From: an uncultured Thermoprotei archaeon
GTDB lineage: Archaea; Thermoproteota; Thermoprotei; Thermofilales; B15-G2
Assembly: GCA_965367815.1 (NCBI GenBank)
Contig: CBDUKN010000004.1
Span: 64,001-128,000, forward strand
Direction of reading: 5' to 3'
DNA: 64,000 nucleotides
The translations under genes and the position numbers were made by a program. Below are positions 48,830 through 58,147 of this stretch, piece by piece. The first letter of the stretch is position 1. Every line of letters begins with the position of its first letter. The notes beneath the pieces were generated by a model, which was not told the DNA's origin, made no database searches, and was given only the letters and a program-made list of their open reading frames with translations.

Positions 48830-49219
48830 TTAACTAGTTTTTTCATATAGTTCCTCATATACAGCATTTATATTTTTCTTTTTGTCTTCAGAAATAGTGT
48901 CTTCTATTTTCTTTAAATACATTTTTCCTCTTTTTGAAATAACTAATATTTTTGTGAAAGGAGTAATGTAGTTTGCTGTAACGTAACCATATGCTATAAG
49001 GCCTCTATCTAGTAATTTTTTAATAGCGTTAAGAGTTTTTGGACCCATGGCGTAGGTTCCATCAATACTTATTAGGTCTATTTCGTTAGATATTGCTCCT
49101 TTCTCTTTTAGCTTTGCTAAAAACTTTTCAAAAGAAGTTTCGTCAACGCCTTTTTTAAATAGCGAGAGCACGTAGAGAAGGAGTTTCTCTGTTGTACTGA
49201 GCTTAGCCATAAAAATCAC
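48830..49219 (-). CDS. Hypothetical winged-helix-like protein
   Basis: IKKLLDRGLI...ISKRGK.YL resembles a wHTH wing. Confidence 0.6.
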   Translation of the reverse strand: MIFMAKLSTTEKLLLYVLSLFKKGVDETSFEKFLAKLKEKGAISNEIDLISIDGTYAMGPKTLNAIKKLLDRGLIAYGYVTANYITPFTKILVISKRGKMYLKKIEDTISEDKKKNINAVYEELYEKTS

Positions 49220-49303
49220 TTTGGTTTCACTCTTTCATAAATATATTTTTTACGCATAACACTGAAAAAGCGTTTATATGACAATCCACATAAGTTCTGT
49301 GAA

Positions 49304-50497
49304 ATGAGTAGAGGTAGTTGGACTAAAATTAAGATAGGAACTTCTGGGTACAGTTATGATGACTGGGTAGGTGTTCTTTACGAAAAACAAGAGAGTAGAC
49401 TCAAAAAGTATTCATCTGTTTTTACTTTAGTAGAAATAGACTCTACTTTTTATTCTGAGCCTAAGCCTGAAGTAGTTAGATACTGGGTAACAGTAACTCC
49501 GATAGGATTTACTTTTACTGCTAAGATTTCTAGAGAAATTACCCATAAGCGAAAGCTAGATCCTAGACGTGGAGCTATAAAAGAGCTTACTAGGTTTATT
49601 GAACTTTTAAAACCGCTTATATCGTCAAAGAAACTCGGCTGTCTAGTAGTGCAGCTGCCTCCTTCTTTTACTTATAGTGATGTAAAGTACTTAGAGAATT
49701 TCTTAAAAGAGTCGCCTAGAGAAGTTCGTTTCGCCGTAGAGTTTCGTCATCCGAGTCTACTAAGAAGCGATGTCTATAAAATTCTTGAGCGATATGATGC
49801 AGCATATGTAATAGTTGATGAACCACTTTTACCCTCAGATGTAATTGTAACAACAGACTTTAGCTACATCAGGTGGCATGGAAGAGGTAAGGCTCCCTGG
49901 TACAATTACCATTACTCGATAAATGAGCTTAAAGAGTGGGTACCTAAAGTAAATGAAGTAGCCGATAAAACTGATGTTGTGTACGGACTTTTCAACAACC
50001 ATTTCTATGGGTATGCAGTTCATAATGCTCTGCAAATGATAGTGCTTTTAGGAATAGCTAATCAGTATCAAAGAGAGCTTTTGAAAAAACTGGATGAGTA
50101 TTTCTTGAGAAGAGAGGCTGGAATAAGGCCTCCTATTAAGGAGAAAAAACCTGTTTTATTATGTGCGCTCAGCGTAAAAGAACTACTCGAGTATTTAATG
50201 GATAAACATAGATATCGCAGAATGTTTGACATTAATATAGCCGACGTAAAGATCATAGAGGCTTCTAGTAAAATTGTAAAAGCAAAAGTAAAAGATTATA
50301 ACGTTATAATCGATGTAGAAAATAAGGTTATTCTTCACGATTGTCCTGACTGGAGTAGAGTTCTTGTAGCTAAACAGTTCTGCAAACACGTAGGCAGACT
50401 CTTTTTAGTGCTTAAGCCAGAATTAGCAAAAAGTATTCTGTGTGATATTATAGAAAATAAAGAGACTTGGAGTTTCAAGCCTCTTACTCAATATTAG
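49304..50497 (+). CDS. DUF72 (YecE-like) protein fused to a SWIM zinc finger
   Basis: [37 protein letters not shown]; C-terminal HDCPDW...FCKH. Confidence 0.9.
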   Translation: MSRGSWTKIKIGTSGYSYDDWVGVLYEKQESRLKKYSSVFTLVEIDSTFYSEPKPEVVRYWVTVTPIGFTFTAKISREITHKRKLDPRRGAIKELTRFIELLKPLISSKKLGCLVVQLPPSFTYSDVKYLENFLKESPREVRFAVEFRHPSLLRSDVYKILERYDAAYVIVDEPLLPSDVIVTTDFSYIRWHGRGKAPWYNYHYSINELKEWVPKVNEVADKTDVVYGLFNNHFYGYAVHNALQMIVLLGIANQYQRELLKKLDEYFLRREAGIRPPIKEKKPVLLCALSVKELLEYLMDKHRYRRMFDINIADVKIIEASSKIVKAKVKDYNVIIDVENKVILHDCPDWSRVLVAKQFCKHVGRLFLVLKPELAKSILCDIIENKETWSFKPLTQY

Positions 50498-51116
50498 CGT
50501 GTAGCTTCTTTAGATCTTCTTCTTCTTTCCCGAGGCGGTTCATTAGTTCAACTATAATTCCGTCAAGTAATGCCATTACAGTATCTTCAAATAGAGTTCC
50601 TAAAGGCGCTAGAGGCTCGTGTATACCCAGTATTTGTCTAGCAAAGTAGTCTTTCTCTTTAGCTACTTTAGTTCTACCTGGGACGAATACTACGTGGTCA
50701 GATATTTTTCCGAGTGGAGAGTCAGGATATGTTGTTATTGCGATTACTTTTGCTCCAACGGTTTTTGCTGTCTCGGCGGCTGTAACTATGAGCTTAGTAG
50801 ATCCCGAACCTGATATTGCTATAACTATGTCTCCTTCGCCTATACTGGGTGTAATAGTTTCACCTAGAACATATACGTTAAATCCTAAGTGCATAAGTCT
50901 CATCGCGAAAGCTTTTCCCACAAGCCCTGAGCGACCTGCACCAATTACTAATATTTTCTTGGATTTTTCGTAGGCTTCTGTAAGCATATCTACCATTTTC
51001 TCTATTTGAGCGTCGTCGATAAGGTCTATTGATTTCAAAATGAAAGTTGCTATTTCTCTCATCGCAGACTTAACGTAAGAGTTTAGTCTTCTCACGTAAG
51101 CTACACTCACTTTCAC
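50484..51116 (-). CDS. hxlB: 6-phospho-3-hexuloisomerase
   Basis: [34 protein letters not shown]. Confidence 0.93.
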   Translation of the reverse strand: MKVSVAYVRRLNSYVKSAMREIATFILKSIDLIDDAQIEKMVDMLTEAYEKSKKILVIGAGRSGLVGKAFAMRLMHLGFNVYVLGETITPSIGEGDIVIAISGSGSTKLIVTAAETAKTVGAKVIAITTYPDSPLGKISDHVVFVPGRTKVAKEKDYFARQILGIHEPLAPLGTLFEDTVMALLDGIIVELMNRLGKEEEDLKKLHANIE

Positions 51117-51214
51117 TTAAATATTTTCTTTAACTAAAAGTAAACTCGGAGCTTCATTTTTATAATCTTTTTAGAAAAAGTAAATGTTAAATAAAATGCC
51201 CGCTATACATACCA

Positions 51215-51802
51215 GTGGAGCCGTTTATTGACGGATTTATTTTTGGAATAGCTTTTGCTCTTCTTTGTCTGCCTTCATGTGGAGTCCTTCTTTTATCTAC
51301 AGTGCTCTTAACTAAAAGAATAAAAGTGAAAGAAAATATTTCGAGTATTCTTGTATTTATTTTAGGGAAGATTTTCTCAATAATAATTCTCTTTTTACTG
51401 ATCTTTATTTTTGGTAAAGTTTTGCTTAAAGAAGAAATGAGCTATACCTTACGATTATGTTCAAGTCTCGCTTTAATTATCATAGGACTTTTAATGCTGA
51501 AATCTAGATCTGAACTCAACTCAACTAAATGTTTTGCGGTAGGCTTATGTTCTTCTATCAGAATATGTCCTCTTCACACTATAGTAATACTGAAAGCTTT
51601 TTCGCTGATATTTGACACCGATATAGTGCTGTTTACAGCGGGTTTTATCTTAGGAAATAGTTTGCTCTTCTTCTTGACGGGTATTTTTATGGCGTTTTTG
51701 AAGAAGTTGACTTTAACTTATAGTAGGCTTGAATATTTAAGGCGTGTAGGTGCAAGCATATTGGTGATAGAAGCTCTGCTTATAGCTGTTTACGGAATAT
51801 AG
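51215..51802 (+). CDS. Six-TM membrane protein, DsbD_2/CcdA/TauE-like
   Basis: TM1 LCLPSCG and central ICP; hydrophobic throughout. Confidence 0.6.
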   Translation: MEPFIDGFIFGIAFALLCLPSCGVLLLSTVLLTKRIKVKENISSILVFILGKIFSIIILFLLIFIFGKVLLKEEMSYTLRLCSSLALIIIGLLMLKSRSELNSTKCFAVGLCSSIRICPLHTIVILKAFSLIFDTDIVLFTAGFILGNSLLFFLTGIFMAFLKKLTLTYSRLEYLRRVGASILVIEALLIAVYGI

Positions 51803-51852
51803 CCATAGAGTACATACGGCTTTATATTTATCACAATAAATATAGTATAAAT

Positions 51853-52792
51853 GTGAAAAAACTTGTAGTGGCGCTGGGGGAATGCTCTTCTTAAAAAGGG
51901 AGAAAAGGGAACGCTTGAAGAGCAGTTTGCTAATGCTAAGATCACTGCAAAAGAAATCACGGACCTAGTTGCTCGAGGCTATAGAGTTATTGTTACTCAT
52001 GGTAATGGGCCTCAAGTAGGCAATATATATCTGCAGCAGGAATTAGCATCTAGTAAAATTCCCCCTATGAGTCTCGATACATGTGGGGCTATGAGCCAAG
52101 GACTTATAGGATTTATTTTAACACTATCGCTTTTAAATGAGTTTAATAGAAGGGGGCTCGGTTATTCTGTTGTAACGATCTTGACTCATGTTCTTATTGA
52201 CACAGAGGATCCAGCTTTCAGTGAACCGACGAAGCCTATAGGACCATTTTATTCAGAAAAAGATGCTTTTAAGGTTAATAGATGAGAAAGGATGGACTAT
52301 GAAGAGGGATCCGAGAGGAGGCTGGCGAAGAGTTGTTCCTTCGCCAAAGCCTATTAAAATACTGGAGGGCCCTATAATTAACTACTTAATTGATCAGGAA
52401 AAACTGTTGTTATCGCTTGTGGCGGCGGAGGAATACCTGTAGTTTTTAAAGAGGGTGAGTATAAAGGAGTGGAGGCTGTTATAGACAAAGATCTAACAGC
52501 AGCTAAGCTAGCTATCGATATTGGAGCGGATATACTGTTGATATTAACAGATGTAGAGAAAGTTGCCTTATATTTTGGGACTCTAAAACAAAAGTGGATA
52601 GATAAAATGACTATAGAGGAGGCGGAGAAGTATATTGAAGAGGACCACTTTGCTCCAGGAAGTATGTTGCCGAAAGTCCTTGCAGCAATAGAGTTTATCA
52701 AGAATGGTGGAGAAAAAGCGATTATAGCGAAGTTAGGAAAGACGATGGAAGCCCTTTCCGGGAAAACTGGGACCTGTATTCTTAGAGCTTGA
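51853..52792 (+). pseudogene. arcC: Carbamate kinase with three frameshifts
   Basis: VVALG/NALL, THGNGPQVG, PTKPIGPFY, RRVVPSP, GGGGIP, EAVIDKD, GSMLPKV spread across frames; breaks near 51878, 52272 and 52397. Confidence 0.9.
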
Positions 52793-52969
52793 TCTGATAT
52801 AGTTTAAGTAATTTAAAGCCGCTTTATGTGAAGTGAAAACAGAATATATTTTGGCGTATCTAAATGGGATTCTACGACCACAGTATCTGCACTGTATACA
52901 TGTAAACGGGTAAGATACGCACATAAAGTTGCCACATGAATTGCATTTAATTACAGCATATTTTCTCAT
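52733..52969 (-). CDS. DUF1922-like Zn-ribbon protein
   Basis: YAVIKCNSCG...QCRYCG. Confidence 0.7.
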   Translation of the reverse strand: MRKYAVIKCNSCGNFMCVSYPFTCIQCRYCGRRIPFRYAKIYSVFTSHKAALNYLNYIRSSSKNTGPSFPGKGFHRLS

Positions 52970-53024
52970 CGAAATGGGAGTATTTAGGAAAAGTATAAAT
53001 TTATTTTCTCAAAAATATGCACAA

Positions 53025-53074
53025 GATGATTAGAGAGATCCGCTCTGAGAAGTGATGAGCTCCGACCTCAATGA
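53025..53074 (+). ncRNA. C/D box guide sRNA
   Basis: C AUGAUUA; guide GAGAGAUCCGCU; D' CUGA; C' GUGAUGA; guide GCUCCGACCUCA; D AUGA; TATA-like AAGTATAAAT about 25-30 nt upstream. Confidence 0.78.
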
Positions 53075-53535
53075 TTCTTTTCTGACTCGATTATGTTTAG
53101 CCAACTTTTTGGTACATATCCTTTGGCTACAACTTTTGCTAGAAGTAAGTCTAGTCTTTTTATGATAATAGCTTTCCTACTATTAATTAGTTCTACTAGC
53201 TGATTAAAGTTAGTAAATAGTATATTTCTATTTGTAATGTCATTTAAGACTATATACCTATAAATAAAGCTACTAGGGTCGTGTGATTCGTATTTGTCGC
53301 ATTTAGAGAAGACTATGAGGTAAAATCCTGCTCTAGGAGGATATATTTCGGAGTTAATAATGTATGATACTGGAATTTTTTCTTCTGGAGGACCTATTAA
53401 GTCAATGCACTCTTCGCATGCAATAGCATATTTGCTTGTATCGGAAAGGTCTAATGAAAATATTCTGTTGTCTTCTTTTATGAGGCCTATTTTCTTCCCT
53501 TTAAGCAATATGCCTCGTATTTTAATGGGCATCAA
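53068..53535 (-). CDS. Hypothetical protein
   Basis: 155-aa ORF filling the gap between two sRNAs. Confidence 0.6.
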   Translation of the reverse strand: MMPIKIRGILLKGKKIGLIKEDNRIFSLDLSDTSKYAIACEECIDLIGPPEEKIPVSYIINSEIYPPRAGFYLIVFSKCDKYESHDPSSFIYRYIVLNDITNRNILFTNFNQLVELINSRKAIIIKRLDLLLAKVVAKGYVPKSWLNIIESEKNH

Positions 53536-53567
53536 ATATATTATAGAGGAAGTATAAATGAAAATTG

Positions 53568-53621
53568 TTGATGAATCCTGGCCTTACTGAGGTCAGGATG
53601 ATGCTTTTGGCTACCGGCTGA
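53568..53621 (+). ncRNA. C/D box guide sRNA with internal hairpin
   Basis: C UUGAUGA; guide AUCCUGGCCUUA; D' CUGA; C' AUGAUGC; guide UUUUGGCUACCGG; D CUGA. Confidence 0.75.
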
Positions 53622-53788
53622 AAACTTACTATTACGTAGTAAACTATACTACTATATTTAGTTCGTATTAAGTTAAATACAATAGGTTGAAAGCAGGTGC
53701 ATAATATTTAAAAGAATGTTTGCTCAAAAACCCTTTTTTACTTTTAGGTAAAGCTTATAAAAACTGACGAAGGAGGGTAGTTAGTAAA

Positions 53789-54064
53789 ATGAATCGTGGG
53801 TTAAATATGAGTATTGCTTTAGAAAGAATGGTTATAGACATAGTAAAAGAGATTATTGACCAGAACAAAGGTAATGTCGTCTGCGTTAAAACAAGAGATG
53901 TTGCAAAGAAGCTTGAGAGACGAGGAATCAAGGCTTTTAGATCCAAAGCTGTTTACCGTATTATAGCCAAAGTTCTCATCGAGGTATTTCATGCAAAGGC
54001 TGTTAAAAGAGGGAGAATATATAAATACTTTATATATAAGAGGCCTGTTAAGGAAGTAATATAA
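53789..54064 (+). CDS. Small basic HTH-like protein
   Basis: VKTRDVAKKL...AVYRIIAKVL. Confidence 0.6.
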   Translation: MNRGLNMSIALERMVIDIVKEIIDQNKGNVVCVKTRDVAKKLERRGIKAFRSKAVYRIIAKVLIEVFHAKAVKRGRIYKYFIYKRPVKEVI

Positions 54065-54071
54065 AGTGACA

Positions 54072-54120
54072 ATGATGAAAGTCATGCCTGCGGAGCTATG
54101 AAGAGTTCTGGGGTAGCTGA
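54072..54120 (+). ncRNA. C/D box guide sRNA
   Basis: C AUGAUGA; guide AAGUCAUGCCUG; D' CGGA; C' AUGAAGA; guide GUUCUGGGGUAG; D CUGA. Confidence 0.85.
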
Positions 54121-54290
54121 GGCCCTTACTCATTTTTAATTTTTTATTATAATTCTATTAAATACTTGCTATAGGTTATGTAAAGTATATAAGTGATTGT
54201 AAGAAAAATAACCTAATTTGTGGGAGATTTAGTGTTTTTCCAGTAAATAATAATACTGAAAATTAGATTGCATAAAAATTAAATAGATTT

Positions 54291-54758
54291 TTGAAAGTAG
54301 GTAGGTATATGGAGCATCTGAGGGGAGTAGTTGATGAAATTAAAAGTCTTTACGAGGAGCTTAATAATGCTGTTTCTCAAGGCGAAGTAGATAAGGGAAT
54401 AGAGATAGGACTAAAACTTTTTTCTAAATTAACTGAGATATCTAGAACGTATGTTTTATTAAATATTCTTGATGAAAATGTTAGAGAAACAGTTGACGAT
54501 ATTATTAGGGACTATGAGCAGGCGCTCTGTTATCTTAAAGGAGCTAATGATGCTTTAAAGGGCTTTTCAAACGGCGAAATAGTGAAGACTCGTAAGGAAA
54601 TTCTAAGAATTTTAATAGCGTATGTTCAGGGAATGATAGGGTTTGTTTTAGGTGCGTTAGCCATACTAATGGACTGCGGTAGAGTATTGGCTCCAGTAAA
54701 AAACGGTATTGAGAGGCAGTCTGGTAGAAAGAGTAATGTTTTGTTGCATATTATTTAG
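54291..54758 (+). CDS. Hypothetical helical protein
   Basis: 155-aa ORF; start uncertain (MEHL nearby). Confidence 0.6.
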   Translation: MKVGRYMEHLRGVVDEIKSLYEELNNAVSQGEVDKGIEIGLKLFSKLTEISRTYVLLNILDENVRETVDDIIRDYEQALCYLKGANDALKGFSNGEIVKTRKEILRILIAYVQGMIGFVLGALAILMDCGRVLAPVKNGIERQSGRKSNVLLHII

Positions 54759-54768
54759 GCTTCAAAAG

Positions 54769-54857
54769 CGGGCCCGCCGGGATTTGAACCCGGGACCTAC
54801 GGCTGCCTCCCCTTAAGTTAGGAGGCCGCCGCTCTATCCTGGCTGAGCTACGGGCCC
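54769..54857 (-). tRNA. tRNA-Arg(CCU) with 14-nt intron at 37/38 (54805-54818)
   Basis: GGGCCCG acceptor; GCGGC-CT-CCT-A^A-GCCGT anticodon arm after removing ACTTAAGGGGAGGC; TTCAAAT T-loop. Confidence 0.93.
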
Positions 54858-54905
54858 AATCTAAACATTTAGCTGGCATTTATAAACTTAGTCTCAAAAT
54901 AACTA

Positions 54906-55172
54906 TTATTTACGTAGAAGATTATCAAGTTCTTCTTCGTTTAATACTCTTATTACTTTCCAGTAGCTTATTCTTCCTCTGGCTTTCTGCTCTACTAGTC
55001 CCTTGGATTTGAGGAATCGTAGTATTTGGTACAAGATAGAGTATGTTATTCTTGGATTACTTTGAGAGATTTTTTGATAAAGAGCAGGTGTAGAAGTCTC
55101 TCCTAATTGCTGTAATGTCTTGTATACTTCTTTTGCTCTAGCTATAGTTAATGGGGATCTGCGGCGACCCAT
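54906..55172 (-). CDS. Winged-helix protein
   Basis: LYQILRFLKSKGLVEQKARGRISYW. Confidence 0.75.
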   Translation of the reverse strand: MGRRRSPLTIARAKEVYKTLQQLGETSTPALYQKISQSNPRITYSILYQILRFLKSKGLVEQKARGRISYWKVIRVLNEEELDNLLRK

Positions 55173-55230
55173 GGTTAAACTTAAACATACATAAAAATAA
55201 AGCTTTTAGTGTCTCTTTTGAGCAAAATAC

Positions 55231-55581
55231 TTAGGTTGGTCTCATAATTAGTATCTCTTCTCCTTTTTTAACGTATTCTCCTTCTTTTGTTTTAATTTTA
55301 AGTATAATTCCGTTGATAGGAGAGACAATAGGTATATACGTTTTCATGCTTTCTATTACTGCCAGTATTTTTCCCTTGAATACTGTATCTTTTTCAGATA
55401 TATGCAGTGATAGTATTTTTCCAGTTATTGGAGAGCGTATTGTGACATTATTATTTTTTGTAATGTCTAGTGTTTTCTCTGAGTGTACGGGGTTGTTGTT
55501 ATTGTATATAATGGTTTTTACTTCAATAATAATTGTTACGCGCTCATTATTTATACTAGTACTTATAATTGTTCTTTTCAT
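55231..55581 (-). CDS. Biotin carboxyl carrier protein (divergent)
   Basis: SPITGKI, IESMKT (EAMKM consensus), KEGEYVKKGE; follows the carboxyltransferase gene. Confidence 0.75.
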   Translation of the reverse strand: MKRTIISTSINNERVTIIIEVKTIIYNNNNPVHSEKTLDITKNNNVTIRSPITGKILSLHISEKDTVFKGKILAVIESMKTYIPIVSPINGIILKIKTKEGEYVKKGEEILIMRPT

Positions 55582-55704
55582 AGCTATAATGTGTAGAAAA
55601 TTTTTGTTATTTGCCAATATTCTATATTTTTCACTACGTATACTATTACCTTTATTTTTATATTTTTGTTGCGTTTAGTATATTTATTGTTAGATATTAT
55701 TGTT

Positions 55705-57243
55705 TTAGGTCGGTGGAATGCCATGTTTCTTAGGGATCTTGACATAGGGTCTTTTTGTAAGTAGGGTCTCTAGACACTTTATTAAGTATGGTCTTGTTGC
55801 ATGAGGTTCGATTATGTCATCTATATATCCTCTTGAAGCGGCTACAAGTGGTGTTGTTATTTTAGCTCTGTACTCTTGTGTAAATTTCGCTACAAGTTCT
55901 TGTGGATTTTCTGCTTTTTGAAGCTCTTTCTTGTATATGATCTCTACAGCTGCTTCGGGACCCATGACTGCTATTTCTGCAGTAGGCCATGCAACAACTA
56001 TATCTGCTCTCAAGTGCTTACTAGACATTGCTATGTAGGCTCCGCCATAGGCTTTCCTTACGATTACAGTTATTTTCGGTACTGTGGCTACCGAGTAAGC
56101 ATAGATTATTTTTGCTCCGTGTCGAATTACTCCTCCGTGTTCTTGGTCTATTCCAGGTAAAAATCCGGGTGTGTCTACAAATGTAATTATGGGTATATTG
56201 AATGCGTCGCAGAATAGTATGAATCTAGATATTTTGTCAGCGGAGTTTATGTCTAAGCATCCAGCGTAGAACATTGGTTGATTAGCTACTATACCTACGG
56301 TTCTTCCATTTAATCTAGCGAAACCTACTATTGCATTACGAGCATAGTTTCCTTGGATTTCGAAGAATGAATCTCTGTCTACTACTCTATTTATGATTTC
56401 GTACATATCGTATGGTTCTTTGGGATCTAGAGGAACAATACTATCTAGTTCGAGGTCTTCTCGATGAGGATTGTCGTCAGTGGGTTCTATTGGAGGATCT
56501 TCCATGTTGTTTGAGGGTAAGTAGCTTAGCAGAGTCTTTATCATCGCTATTGCTTCTTCGTCGTCTTCTGCAAGCAAATGTGCTACACCGCTAATAGATG
56601 TGTGGACTTCTGCTCCTCCGAGTTCTTCGAAAGTTACATCTTCTCCTGTAGCAGCTTTCACTACTCGAGGACCCGTAATGAACATGAAGCTCTTCTTGGT
56701 CATAATAATGAAGTCAGCTAGAGCTGGAGAGTAAACAGCACCTCCGGCGCAGGGACCCATTATTGCTACTATCTGAGGAATTACTCCTGAAGCTAAAACA
56801 TTTCTATAGAAGATTTCTCCATAGCCCTTAAGCGAGTCTACACCTTCCTGTATTCTCGCGCCACCAGAGTCGTTTAAACCTATAACTGGGATACCGAGCT
56901 CAAGTGCAAGGTCATAAAGTTGTGCTATTTTAGCTGCATGCATTTCTCCAACGCTTCCTCCCATTACTGTGAAGTCTTGAGCATAGACTGCCACTTTTCT
57001 ACCATTTATTTCTCCTAAACCTACTACAACACCGTCTCCTGGTACTCTTTTTTCGGCCATACCAAACTCAGTGCAACGTGATAAAACCAATGTGGATAAT
57101 TCTACAAAAGAATCTTCGTCGAGTAATAATTCAAGGCGCTCACGAGCTGTTAATTTACCCTTAGCGTGCTGTTTTTCAATAGCTTGAGGGCCTCCCCCTA
57201 GTTTAGCTTTTTCTTTGAATTCTTTTATCAGACTCCACGACAT
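55705..57243 (-). CDS. Acyl-CoA carboxyltransferase (methylmalonyl-CoA decarboxylase alpha / PccB-like)
   Basis: GKLTARER, QDFTVMGGS, DSGGARIQEG, GPCAGGAVYSPA, KKHGIPP. Confidence 0.95.
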   Translation of the reverse strand: MSWSLIKEFKEKAKLGGGPQAIEKQHAKGKLTARERLELLLDEDSFVELSTLVLSRCTEFGMAEKRVPGDGVVVGLGEINGRKVAVYAQDFTVMGGSVGEMHAAKIAQLYDLALELGIPVIGLNDSGGARIQEGVDSLKGYGEIFYRNVLASGVIPQIVAIMGPCAGGAVYSPALADFIIMTKKSFMFITGPRVVKAATGEDVTFEELGGAEVHTSISGVAHLLAEDDEEAIAMIKTLLSYLPSNNMEDPPIEPTDDNPHREDLELDSIVPLDPKEPYDMYEIINRVVDRDSFFEIQGNYARNAIVGFARLNGRTVGIVANQPMFYAGCLDINSADKISRFILFCDAFNIPIITFVDTPGFLPGIDQEHGGVIRHGAKIIYAYSVATVPKITVIVRKAYGGAYIAMSSKHLRADIVVAWPTAEIAVMGPEAAVEIIYKKELQKAENPQELVAKFTQEYRAKITTPLVAASRGYIDDIIEPHATRPYLIKCLETLLTKRPYVKIPKKHGIPPT

Positions 57244-57272
57244 TAAGGCACCTAAAATAAAGAAGGAACTAC

Positions 57273-57983
57273 TTATTTTAACTTAGCTTTACACCACCTA
57301 CATTCTCTTGAAGCTATTGGTATTTCTCTACTACAATAAACGCATATCTTTAGTCCGTGGTATAGGTACTCTCTACTAGTCTTGATAGTAGTTTTTGACA
57401 ATAAAAGCCAGGATAGGAAGGATCCTGTCGAAAAAAGTATTTTAGGGCTAAAGGGTTCGCTTACATAAAGTGATGCATAAGTAAACATTATGAGTATTAG
57501 TAAAGCTAAAATAACATCAGGAACTATTCTCACAAAGTATTTGCTAAAGTCTCTATGAAATCGCTTTGCGCCCTCATATATAGCGTCAAAGCCGCTGTAG
57601 CCAGCTATTACATTAGATGCTAGTCCTAGAAAGTAGAGTGGTGATAAAATAATAGTAAAAAGTGCTATAGATCCTGTAAAGCCTATGATTAGATAATCTA
57701 AGAATTTTGGAGCTATTCTTGCTACGCAGCGCTTAATTGAGGTCTTCAAGTATAGTTCTTCTTCCTTAACGTACTCTACTATTATAGCCATTAAAATAGA
57801 AGAAAATAGTAGTTCTATGAATAATATTATAAACATAAGGATTAATGCATTATGTAGTGTATCTGTATGTATCCATAAGTTATAGCTAATAATATAGTTT
57901 ATTAATGCTATGAAAGTCACTAGGAGCAGTATTTGCATGCTAATATTTCTTCGATACTCAGTATTTATTTTTTGTGAGAACAA
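57273..57983 (-). CDS. Membrane protein with C-terminal Zn ribbon
   Basis: Several TMs; CVYCS..CRWC. Confidence 0.65.
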   Translation of the reverse strand: MFSQKINTEYRRNISMQILLLVTFIALINYIISYNLWIHTDTLHNALILMFIILFIELLFSSILMAIIVEYVKEEELYLKTSIKRCVARIAPKFLDYLIIGFTGSIALFTIILSPLYFLGLASNVIAGYSGFDAIYEGAKRFHRDFSKYFVRIVPDVILALLILIMFTYASLYVSEPFSPKILFSTGSFLSWLLLSKTTIKTSREYLYHGLKICVYCSREIPIASRECRWCKAKLK

Positions 57984-58147
57984 GAGCTACAGTAGTGTAG
58001 GTAAATTTTTTGTTAAATATAATTGTTTTAAATAATATGTATCAATAGGTTGTGAAAATATATGTTCTTAGAAAATAAACTATACGTTATAAAAGTATAT
58101 GGAAGATATAGGCGGTATATATTTAAAGATGACTCTCTTCGAAATGT

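Noticed and set aside
54836-54843. 8-nt match between the 53568 sRNA D' guide and the tRNA-Arg D-loop
   Set aside because: Too short, and the +5 position falls at the edge of the duplex.
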